From the NCBI GenBank assembly GCA_041558875.1, contig JBFFEL010000004.1:6980-70979 (forward strand): a DNA stretch of 64,000 nucleotides. Direction: 5' to 3'. A program made the translations under genes and the position numbers. A model generated the notes under the pieces. That model saw only the letters and a program-made list of their open reading frames with translations. It made no database searches and had not been told where the DNA came from. The stretch is from Anaerolineales bacterium (GTDB lineage: Bacteria > Chloroflexota > Anaerolineae > Anaerolineales > UBA4823). Positions 37,398 to 45,354 of this stretch are shown here, piece after piece; the first letter of the stretch is position 1, and every line of letters begins with the position of its first letter.

Positions 37398-38203
37398 ATG
37401 TTAGATGAATATTTTCATGCAATTCCCTGGCTAAATCAGATCCTTCGAATTTCCCCCTATGTCACCCTCGCCTGGGTAAGATCCGCTCCCTCTAATCGGA
37501 TTATTAATCGATTCAATAGTCATTCGGAATTAACCATTGGTGGAGAACAGCTCCTTTCGGAACGCATACGGACAATCAGGGTTTTGATTGCTGGTTCTAA
37601 AAGCCCGATTGCGTTTGTAACGGCAGCTATATTAATCCTGAGCATGTTTTTGGATTCAGTTACATTGATCTGGATGGTTGGATCGTTCAGCGCAGTCTTT
37701 GGTTTAGGAGCCCGCCCATTAATCAGAGATTACCTCCATGGCATTGGTTATATCTTTGAGAACGAATTCACAGCAGGAGAAAAGATTCAGCTTCCAGGCC
37801 TGTATCCCGTCGAAGGAATGGTAGAAGCCAATTGTCTTTGAGCGACAACGTTCAGGGCACCTTCAGAGAGATGTATACTGTGCCAAAAGGGGAAATTCGT
37901 ACAGTCCGAAACTTCAGTCGGGGTAATTACTCGTTAGCGAATATAACACTAAAATTCTCGGCTAACGATTTGAGCCGGGCCTTGCCTCTCTTGGAAGATT
38001 TCGTACGCGAGGCTGTGAATTTGTTGCCTAATCTCCTTAAACCTTGGCAGGTTATCAGCGAATCTGGGATCATTGGGCAGGAAACAGAGCTAACCTTGGA
38101 TGCAAAAGCGAAATTTGGCAAGGCTTGTGAAATGCGTCCAAATTTGATGGCATTGATCCAAGAACAATTATTGGAGAGGAACATTTCATTAGCCAATTTA
38201 TAG
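37398..38203 (+). pseudogene. Small MscS-like mechanosensitive channel gene split by a frameshift near 37832-37841
   Basis: ORF 37398..37841 ends ...FTAGEKIQLPGLYPVEGMVEANCL*, which is pore helix plus the start of the beta domain. The overlapping ORF 37832..38203, in another frame, continues LSLSDNVQGTFREMYTVPKGEIRTVRNFSRG... with the MscS beta/C-terminal domain. A sequencing error has not been excluded. Confidence 0.5.
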
Positions 38204-39183
38204 TGAGTTGTATGATCCGTTCAATTGTGTTTACCGAAGCGGGTGAGACGCAACCCATAATTGTGGAAAAAATCCCGGAGATATTGAAAAATAAGATAGA
38301 TTTCTTCTGGGTAGACGTTGTTGCTGAACCAGATGAAAACTGTAAAAACCTGTTTCAAGGTGTTTTTAATTTCCACTCACTAGCAATTGATGATGCTCTC
38401 CAAGAAACGCATGTTCCAAAAGTTGATGGTTGGAGCACATACCTCTATATGGTATTGCTCACTGCAAGAAAAGCATCTCAAGATTCCTTTGAGATTCTCA
38501 CACCAGAGTTGGATGTATTCTTAGGCTCAAATTATTTAGTGACATACCACAAAGAGGCAATTGCCAGTGTAGATGCGATTTGGGCTCTTTGCCTGCGAGA
38601 TCAAAGATACATGTCAAAAGGACCAGGATTTATTCTCTATCAAATTTCAGATGAGATTGTTAGCAACACAATGTCAGTAATTGAGGATGCAGAAAATCTA
38701 TTAGATCAGATCGAAGATGTGATCTTTACCAATCCACAACCAGCGATCTTAGAACAAATCTTTTCAGTCAAACGTACATTGCTAGGATTACGAAGTTTCC
38801 TGCTTCTCCAAAGGGAGATTTTTAATAAGCTGGCACGTGGTGATTTTGAACTAATCCCAGACCATGACAGAGTTTACTTCCGAGATGCATACGACCATAT
38901 GGTCCGGGTGCAAGAAATCAATGAAAGTTTACGTGATCTTATCAATAGTGTATTAGAAATTTATCTTTCTGTGGTAAACAATCGGATGAATGAGATCATG
39001 AAGTTGCTAACCATTATTGCTACGATTTTTATCCCACTTTCTTTCTTCACGGGAATTTATGGAATGAATTTTACCTTTATGCCGGAGCTGCAATGGCGAT
39101 GGGGTTATTTCTTTTTTCTAGGTTTTATTGGGCTGATTCTCATTGGTATGTTGATCTTTTTTAGGCGAAAACAATGGATATGA
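38203..39183 (+). CDS. corA: CorA-family magnesium/cobalt transporter
   Basis: 326 aa with two C-terminal TM helices and a YGMNF (GMN) motif. An alternative ATG lies at 38212. Confidence 0.85.
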   Translation: MSCMIRSIVFTEAGETQPIIVEKIPEILKNKIDFFWVDVVAEPDENCKNLFQGVFNFHSLAIDDALQETHVPKVDGWSTYLYMVLLTARKASQDSFEILTPELDVFLGSNYLVTYHKEAIASVDAIWALCLRDQRYMSKGPGFILYQISDEIVSNTMSVIEDAENLLDQIEDVIFTNPQPAILEQIFSVKRTLLGLRSFLLLQREIFNKLARGDFELIPDHDRVYFRDAYDHMVRVQEINESLRDLINSVLEIYLSVVNNRMNEIMKLLTIIATIFIPLSFFTGIYGMNFTFMPELQWRWGYFFFLGFIGLILIGMLIFFRRKQWI

Positions 39184-39256
39184 TGTTTGATGATATCTGT
39201 CCACCCATATAAAAAAAACGAGGCAATAATCATCAATCCCTAATTTAGGCGCATAG

Positions 39257-40429
39257 ATGGTAGAAATTTTTGAAAAGAATACAAATATAAGTTAGCCAGA
39301 GATCTTTTGTTTTACATTGTCGTACTTTTAATAGTTTCTGGATTGACATGTACCTACTACCTCCTAATGCGGTCCTTGGTAATTGCAGCGCTTTTGGCAT
39401 ACCTACTTTATCCAGGAGTAACTTGGATATCTGATCATACACATCTAAACAAAGATATGTAGTTCCTGTGGTCTATATCGTATTCGTGGTTGTTTTGGTT
39501 GTTATCATTATCTAACTTTCACCAATAATTTTTCAGCAGGCAAAGATACTCAGCTTTAGGCTGCAAACTATTCCTAATCAAATAGGCAAATTCGAGACAA
39601 ATGTTGAGATTCTGTTTGGTTTTGAGTTACCCATATTAGCTTTTTGGGATGACATTCAATTTGGCGCATACCAACTGCTAAAACCCGAGAGGGTCTTTCA
39701 AATAATTAGGATTACAACCACGAACATAGTTTGGTTGGTCGTTATATTCGCCACAAGCTTCTATTTACTTAGAGATTGGGAACATTTGTGTGTGGGATTG
39801 GTTTATAAGATTAGCTCCGGCGGAATATGAACCTGATATCCTTCACCTTTACCAGGAGATTAAATCTGTATGGCAGATATTTCTTCGAGGGCAACTCCTG
39901 ATTATGTTCCTGGTAGGTTTACTTTCAGGGTTGGTTGCAGCTGTGATTGGACTTCCAGGCGCTTCCATATTAGGGATTCTTGCGGGAACCCTGGCACTAA
40001 TCCCAACACATGGGCCGGCGATAGCAACTATGATTAACGCTATCGTTGCCTGAACACAGGTATCTACCCACCTATCTTGATTTTTCCAATGGAGTGATAG
40101 TTTTTTTGTCAATCTCTATTTTTCAGTTGGTTCAGATAGTTGAAGGAGTTTGGCTTTCAACACAAATCATGGAGAGAAAGCTGCAATTACATCCAGGTCT
40201 TGTACTGGTTGCTATTATTAATACTTTGATAAGTGTAAGTGCGATGATTGCTTTAATGATCACACCACTGATTGGTTCCTTAGAGATAGTTCTTCGATAT
40301 GTTATTAGAAGAAAACGGGCTGGATTAGCACCTTGGTCAAAGGAAGAATCACTTCAATGGGTTGATGATGATACCTTACCTGATATTCCAGTTATTACCG
40401 AAATGTTTTTTTACACGAAAACGACTTAG
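39257..40429 (+). pseudogene. Decayed AI-2E (PerM/YhhT) family transporter gene with several frameshifts and stops
   Basis: The pieces are in different frames. They read MVEIFEKNTNIS*, LARDLLFYIVVLL...AALLAYLLYPGVTW...*, VPVVYIVFVVVLVVIII*, LSPIIFQQAK...FYLLRDWEHL, WDWFIRLAPAEYEP...LIPTHGPAIATMINAIVA*, and ...IFQLVQIVEGVWLSTQIMERKLQLHPGLVLVAI.... Together they trace one AI-2E-like protein. Confidence 0.55.
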
Positions 40430-40686
40430 TATGCGAGAAGAGTACAGAAACTGACCCTAACTAGGTATATCAACGAATGCAGTATTATTTGAATCTACGG
40501 AATTCGTAAGATAGGAGAAACTTAATATCGATAGTAAAAACTTGAATAAACTCGTGCTCGCAAACACAGGCTGCAGTTACAATCCTATCATTCAATGTAA
40601 AATCATCAAACCACTTCACAAAGATCAAAAATTCTAAATATCAATAATATAACTATTTTTTTATCCCAGGAAATTTTTTAGTTGGG

Positions 40687-40998
40687 TTATCTTTCATCAT
40701 GATCAATAAAATGATTTTTCTTGTCACGACCTAATAATTTTGTTCCATCCCAAAAAAATGCAAAAGCGATAAAAATCAAAATAACAAATGTTCGCATTGT
40801 TTGTGATATTTGGTAATATGGTCTAATAAGATTTTGTTCAGCATACAATAAGGTGAAACCAAGTAAGAATATTCCAAAAAAATATATCAATATACTTTGC
40901 CATTTGCCTTGTTTTAAATTTCCCATTCCAGCAAATAGAATGAAAAATAGATTTGTAAGAAAAGAATCTTTTTTCAACTGAATCCCTCTTAGTTTCAA
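40687..40998 (-). CDS. Small membrane protein (about 3 TM), unknown function
   Basis: 103 aa. Its start overlaps the stop of the RimK-like gene by 4 nt, which suggests co-translation. Confidence 0.45.
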   Translation of the reverse strand: MKLRGIQLKKDSFLTNLFFILFAGMGNLKQGKWQSILIYFFGIFLLGFTLLYAEQNLIRPYYQISQTMRTFVILIFIAFAFFWDGTKLLGRDKKNHFIDHDER

Positions 40999-41924
40999 AA
41001 GGAGTGCAAATACATTTTTTCTTTTGAAGGAATCCCTTCTAACCGAACTTGTACATACTGATAAATTTCCATCGGCACGTTAATTCCGGTTGCAAATTCA
41101 AACCCCTCAAATCCTGGGGCGCAATTGATTTCACAAACTTTATAATTATCGCCATCAAACAGCAGGTCCACACCGGCAATATCCAATCCTAACGCCCTGG
41201 CCGATTCGACAGCCAACCACTCAACAGCTGGAACTAACTCGAAATTCGATACCTTCCCCCCTCTTGAGTAATTTGCTTTGTACATACCTTCTCTTGCGAC
41301 TCTCAACATGCCGCCAATCGCCCTCCCTCCCACAACAATCACGCGAATGTCTTTACCTCGACTTGATGAAATGAATTCTTGAATAATCACATTTGCAGTT
41401 GATCCTTTGGATATCTCAATCAGCTCACCCAAATCCTCCATTTGTCCTCGATTCTCGCATAGGAAAATCCCTCTTCCACGAGAACCGGACACAAGTTTCA
41501 CAATCACGGGATAAGTAAATTCCGCATCCACTTTCTCTACATTAAAAGGAAATTTTGCCAGCATTGTTTTTGGAATAGGAATATTATTCCCAGCCAGACA
41601 TTGAATAGTTGCCAGTTTATCTCTGCCAACTTCAATACTCCGGCTGGGATTCAAGGTGAATATTCCCCCTTGCTCAAGATACCGTAATGCAGATAATGAG
41701 AAGTAGGTTGCGCCTGATCCTAGTCTAGGAATCAGGCAGTCAACATTATTACTGGTCTGTCCTTCATACGGCCTGTCATGGCTTGTATCGCTTGGTACGA
41801 TTAAATCAAAATCCTCTATTGCAAGAAAACTGAAATCAATCCCTGCATCAACTGCTTCTTCTCGAAATCGACGATTTTCGTAACTTTCAATATTTTTGTC
41901 TTTATCTAAGAGCCAAATTTTCAT
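40995..41924 (-). CDS. RimK-family ATP-grasp alpha-L-glutamate ligase-like protein
   Basis: 309 aa, collinear by eye with E. coli RimK. Shared segments are MKIWLL, IPRLGSGATYFSLSALRYLE, RDKLATIQCL, PVIVKLVSGSRGRGIF, IIQEFI...GKDIRVIVVG, ANYSRGG and AGVDLL...VCEINCAPGFEG. Confidence 0.85.
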   Translation of the reverse strand: MKIWLLDKDKNIESYENRRFREEAVDAGIDFSFLAIEDFDLIVPSDTSHDRPYEGQTSNNVDCLIPRLGSGATYFSLSALRYLEQGGIFTLNPSRSIEVGRDKLATIQCLAGNNIPIPKTMLAKFPFNVEKVDAEFTYPVIVKLVSGSRGRGIFLCENRGQMEDLGELIEISKGSTANVIIQEFISSSRGKDIRVIVVGGRAIGGMLRVAREGMYKANYSRGGKVSNFELVPAVEWLAVESARALGLDIAGVDLLFDGDNYKVCEINCAPGFEGFEFATGINVPMEIYQYVQVRLEGIPSKEKMYLHSF

Positions 41925-41932
41925 TTCCGGGT

Positions 41933-42400
41933 CTAAGAAACATTCAGAATGTGTACTGGATAAACTCCCCCTGGTGCCCTGATCAGCACATCATCACCAA
42001 CTTTGTGACCGATCAGGGCACTCCCTAAAGGAGATGCAAAAGAAATCAAACCCCGAACAGGCGCGGCTTCTACCGGCCCAACAATTGTATAGCTCACCGG
42101 TTCCTCACCATTTTCAGAAATCATAACCTTTGAACCGATTTCGATCACTCCACCATTTTCTTGATTCTCAATGATGATCGGGTTTGAAAGTAAGATCTCC
42201 AAATCTTGAATGCGGCCCTCAATGAATGCCTGTTGTTCTTTTGCCATGGCAAATTCGGGATCCGTATCACCATCGTTCTCATTACCACCATTTGATTCCC
42301 TCAGCAGCGCGGCAATTTCCTGGCGTTTCACATTCCGTAAGTATTCAAGCTCACCAAGTAATTTTTCATAACCGGATGAAGTTAAATATGTTGGTGGCAT
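41933..42400 (-). CDS. GreA-like transcript-cleavage-factor homolog, paralog 2
   Basis: 155 aa with LTSSGYEKLLGELEYLRNVKRQEIAALL, ...PEFAMAKEQQAFIEGRIQDLEILLSN and C-terminal LISFASPLGSALIGHKVGDDVLIRAPGG. The gene ends 8 nt upstream of the RimK-like gene. Confidence 0.8.
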   Translation of the reverse strand: MPPTYLTSSGYEKLLGELEYLRNVKRQEIAALLRESNGGNENDGDTDPEFAMAKEQQAFIEGRIQDLEILLSNPIIIENQENGGVIEIGSKVMISENGEEPVSYTIVGPVEAAPVRGLISFASPLGSALIGHKVGDDVLIRAPGGVYPVHILNVS

Positions 42401-42484
42401 TTCATCAACTCCTTAACGCTAAATTTCCTGATATTTGTTAAAAACAAGGGAGATACTGACCATTAAATCTTGTTTTACGAAAGG

Positions 42485-42892
42485 TTAGTTTAAGTATTCA
42501 TCCAGATGATCTTCAAAGGTATCTTCGTCACCAAAATAGTAATCAAAGCCCCCATCGTATGGCCAGTCTAGCTCGAGAGGGATCAAGGAGACAATTTCCA
42601 ATTCCGCATCACAACCAGAACACAACACTTTACTACCAACCTTCATTTGCGATGATCCAATCTGAACCATATCCTTACATAACGGGCACCTACCATTACT
42701 CGCTTTTTTTACTCGTTCTCTGCCATTTGAATCAAAATGTTCATCGTAATATATCCAATCCAATTCAATCGGATTGGTGTTGACAACTTCTAGAAGTGCT
42801 TCACAAGATGGACAGATAGCTCGTTCAAGAAACTTAACTTTTTTTCCTAGTTCTATACTCTCTTCGCATATCGGACATTGCGCTCTTATCAT
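42485..42892 (-). CDS. Tandem double LysW-like zinc-ribbon protein
   Basis: 135 aa. Module 1 is CPIC-x17-CPSC EALLEVVNTNPIELDWIYYDEH. Module 2 is CPLC-x18-CSGC DAELEIVSLIPLELDWPYDGGFDYYFGDEDTFEDHLDEYLN. Confidence 0.6.
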   Translation of the reverse strand: MIRAQCPICEESIELGKKVKFLERAICPSCEALLEVVNTNPIELDWIYYDEHFDSNGRERVKKASNGRCPLCKDMVQIGSSQMKVGSKVLCSGCDAELEIVSLIPLELDWPYDGGFDYYFGDEDTFEDHLDEYLN

Positions 42893-42950
42893 CGCTCATC
42901 CTTTCATGGATATCTTTCTCCGAAGGAAACAAACAATCGAAGTATGGGCT

Positions 42951-43178
42951 TTATATGCCTTTCCAGTCTTTATCCCAGAATTCGAATTCATCGAACGCAT
43001 ATCCACTTTCGTCTGGGACATATATTAGATCCAACACAATAGGGTCAAGGTTGATAATCTCTACCTGTTCATCACAGATTGAACAAAGTATATATTGGCC
43101 AATCTTTGGGTTTTCCCCAATAGATATTTTCTCTCCACAGGAAGGACATCGCGACATTCGTTTCTTAATAGATTTCAT
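42951..43178 (-). CDS. LysW-like C4 zinc-ribbon small protein
   Basis: 75 aa with CPSC-x17-CSIC DEQVEIINLDPIVLDLIYVPDESGYAFDEFEFWDKDWKGI. Confidence 0.6.
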   Translation of the reverse strand: MKSIKKRMSRCPSCGEKISIGENPKIGQYILCSICDEQVEIINLDPIVLDLIYVPDESGYAFDEFEFWDKDWKGI

Positions 43179-43210
43179 AGTTAATACTCCTACGAGTAAT
43201 ACGACTGGGG

Positions 43211-43402
43211 CTACTCGATTAAAAGCTTAATGGATTGATCAGGATTAACCGAATTATCCTCAACCAAATCTAGAGTGAGTGGATATAACCAAGTTATTTC
43301 GAAATTGTTGTGGCAATGGGGGCAGGAGATTCGACTATTAATGTATGGTGCTTCGTCTGTGATTTCAAACTCTTTCAGGCAAGAGGGGCAGTTTGTTACC
43401 AT
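43211..43402 (-). CDS. LysW-like C4 zinc-ribbon small protein ending in Glu
   Basis: 63 aa with CPSC-x17-CPHC HNNFEITWLYPLTLDLVEDNSVNPDQSIKLLIE. It is the only member with a C-terminal Glu, as in LysW and ribosomal protein S6. Confidence 0.6.
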   Translation of the reverse strand: MVTNCPSCLKEFEITDEAPYINSRISCPHCHNNFEITWLYPLTLDLVEDNSVNPDQSIKLLIE

Positions 43403-43551
43403 AAAACTCGCGCATTCAACACATTTAGTTTCATAGAATATAGCAACAACCTGTTTTATTTTCGTTGAAAAAATATCCCATTAATGTATAAAATCTCGTT
43501 TCCACATATTAATATTTATACCGATTACACAAACCAATTCAACCCAAATAC

Positions 43552-43582
43552 AAAATAAAAAAAGCCTCTCCGTCAGGAGAGG
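43552..43582 (-). terminator. Rho-independent terminator after the regulator gene 43606..44301
   Basis: The minus-strand RNA is CCUCUCC-UGAC-GGAGAGG followed by CUUUUUUUAUUUUG, 23 nt after the stop. Confidence 0.7.
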
Positions 43583-43605
43583 GTGGGGAAGATAAATTTA
43601 TTAGA

Positions 43606-44301
43606 TTATTCGCTACGATTGAAATAATACCCAATTCCTGATTCCGTGAGAATGTATCTTGGGTTTCTTGGTTCAGGTTCAACTTTCGATCGCAATCGCT
43701 GAACAAGTCCACGAACCAGATCCCGATTACCTTCACCAGAATAACCCCATACATGCTCTACGATCTGCTCCGTAGGCAAGATCTGTCCAACATTGGTCAT
43801 CAATGTGTATAGCAAGCGAAATTCTAGTTGAGTCAAATGTTTTTCCGGATGATTCCCCACTTTCACCGTACGCATTGATGGATCTAACACAACATCATGT
43901 TGGGATAACGTGGGCAAACTGAAAAATGGAATACCAGCGCTTCTTCTTAATAAAGATTTTATTTGTGCATGAAGGAAGCGAATTCCATATGGCCGTTGGA
44001 TTACCAGGTCCGCTCCAGCCTCCAACAATTCAACCTGTATTCCTTCATTTATAGGATCACTAATTATGCAGATTGGAATGACTGTGTGCAATCGAAAGTC
44101 TTCAATATACTTTATTGCTTTGGATATATCTTCTGGAAGTGTGATAAGTACAAAATCGGCTGGTTTTTCAGGCCAAGCATCAATTGCTTGCTCGAGGTTG
44201 TGAACAGTCCTTACATAAAATCCTGCTCTTTGCAGGAGAAGACTCAGGACAGAGGCTTCTTCGATATGAGGGGAGAATAACAATGCTTGCATATTGATCA
44301 T
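43606..44301 (-). CDS. OmpR-family winged-helix regulator with degenerate (pseudo-)receiver domain, paralog 2
   Basis: 231 aa, collinear with 26882..27562. Shared segments are SAG[VI]PFFSLPTL[TS]Q, LTQLEFRLLYTLMT, VEHVWGYSGEGNR.LVRGLVQR.RSK and GIGYYF. The receiver is degenerate: FSPHIEE, ADFVLITLP (Thr at the phospho-Asp position) and QRPYG. Confidence 0.8.
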   Translation of the reverse strand: MINMQALLFSPHIEEASVLSLLLQRAGFYVRTVHNLEQAIDAWPEKPADFVLITLPEDISKAIKYIEDFRLHTVIPICIISDPINEGIQVELLEAGADLVIQRPYGIRFLHAQIKSLLRRSAGIPFFSLPTLSQHDVVLDPSMRTVKVGNHPEKHLTQLEFRLLYTLMTNVGQILPTEQIVEHVWGYSGEGNRDLVRGLVQRLRSKVEPEPRNPRYILTESGIGYYFNRSE

Positions 44302-44394
44302 CCTTTAGAATTTTAGCTACGAAATGGCTCAACATTCTTTCAGCAACATTGTCTGCGATGAAACTAGATTATTTCATTTCACCTTATCATCATG

Positions 44395-44867
44395 TCATGG
44401 AAAGGACAGAGAAATTGCACCTTGAAGATATGCCTGCAGGACTCGTTTTTGGATATCTAGGGTGATTTTAAATCTTTGCTCAGGTAGCAATTTCACCATC
44501 ACTCTCCTCTTGATTGCCCAACGATTGATAATGCCTGATTCAATCACTTCAGGATTCCCAAGTAGATGGGGATTTAATCCAGGATACTCTGCAAATTTCT
44601 CAGCTATCTGAACCAAAACTTTATCATGACAATCCAGATCTTTACCAAAATGAATATTTACTTAAGCTTCGGCTCGAGTCCAATCCTTAATCTGATTTGC
44701 ATTGACTATAACATCACCATTTGGTATTGTAATGAAACTCTCATATATCGCACAAATAGGTTGCTCCATATGTTATCCTCTCTACCTCCCCAGTTAGATT
44801 ATTGAATTGAATGCTATCTCCAATTACAAATCGGTTCTTTAAAAATAGAAAGAAACCACTGATGAAA
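44395..44867 (-). pseudogene. Relic of an MscS-like channel gene (5'-truncated, frameshifted, in-frame stop)
   Basis: There are three pieces. The first is FISGFFLFLKNRFVIGDSIQFNNLTGEVERITYG.... The second, in another frame, is ...SFITIPNGDVIVNANQIKDWTRAEA*VNIHFGKDLDCHDKVLVQIAEKF.... The third is ORF 44395..44616, ending ...LQAYLQGAISLSFP. There are no N-terminal TM helices. The frame is closed by a stop next to the palindromic element at 44871. Confidence 0.55.
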
Positions 44868-44870
44868 TTA

Positions 44871-45037
44871 TTAATTACCCCAAGTTACCACCTACCCTGC
44901 GGATGTCTTTCTGAGGAGCGAAGCAACGAAGACTCTCAGTCCTGAGTGAAGAATCAGCTGAACTAAGGAGAGATTCTTCGCTCGTACCACGATCAGAATG
45001 ACGTGATGTCCGGTTGGTAGCAACTTAAGTTAATTAA
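44871..45037. repeat. Imperfect long palindrome (about 165 nt) with AT-rich termini, MITE/REP-like element
   Basis: The ends TTAATTACCCCAAGTTACCACCTACCCTGCGGATGTC and GACGTGATGTCCGGTTGGTAGCAACTTAAGTTAATTAA are imperfect inverted repeats. The interior arms GTCTTTCTGAGGAGCGAAGCAACGAAGACTCTC and GAGATTCTTCGCTCGTACCACGATCAGAATGAC are also mutually complementary in part. Only one copy is seen in this window. Confidence 0.5.
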
Positions 45038-45354
45038 TGTCTGAGCAACCAAGCGAGAGGCATGACCTGTTATTCATACACAAGCCAATAACGGTATCAA
45101 GTTCACACAAAACGAACTAAGAATCATTTGTAATACAACTCAAACTTGTGATAAGTATATACTCCAGGCTAAGATTTGAAGGAAGGTAACTGTCTGTGGG
45201 ATTTTTTCCTGGTGAGTCTTTACTTTCGAGTCAATGAACTGATAAATCCTTTGGAGTGCAAATTGAACTGGTATCGAAGAAGTGTCGCCAAGGTCACAAT
45301 TAACAAACCGATTACAAGATTAGGAGTCTAATCAGAAATTGTCAAACTCCATAA

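Noticed and set aside
35674-41924. Graspetide (omega-ester/amide RiPP) cluster with the ATP-grasp enzymes as macrocyclases
   Set aside because: The candidate tails are Asp/Glu/Tyr/Phe-rich but largely lack the Thr/Ser/Lys partners needed for ester or amide cross-links. The N-terminal parts are folded zinc ribbons rather than leader peptides. I keep this only as a remote alternative.
27743-43402. Canonical LysW-mediated lysine (AAA) or arginine biosynthesis cluster
   Set aside because: No LysZ kinase, LysY reductase, LysJ aminotransferase, LysK hydrolase or homocitrate-pathway genes are present in the cluster. The carrier number (seven modules) and tail diversity do not fit the pathway.
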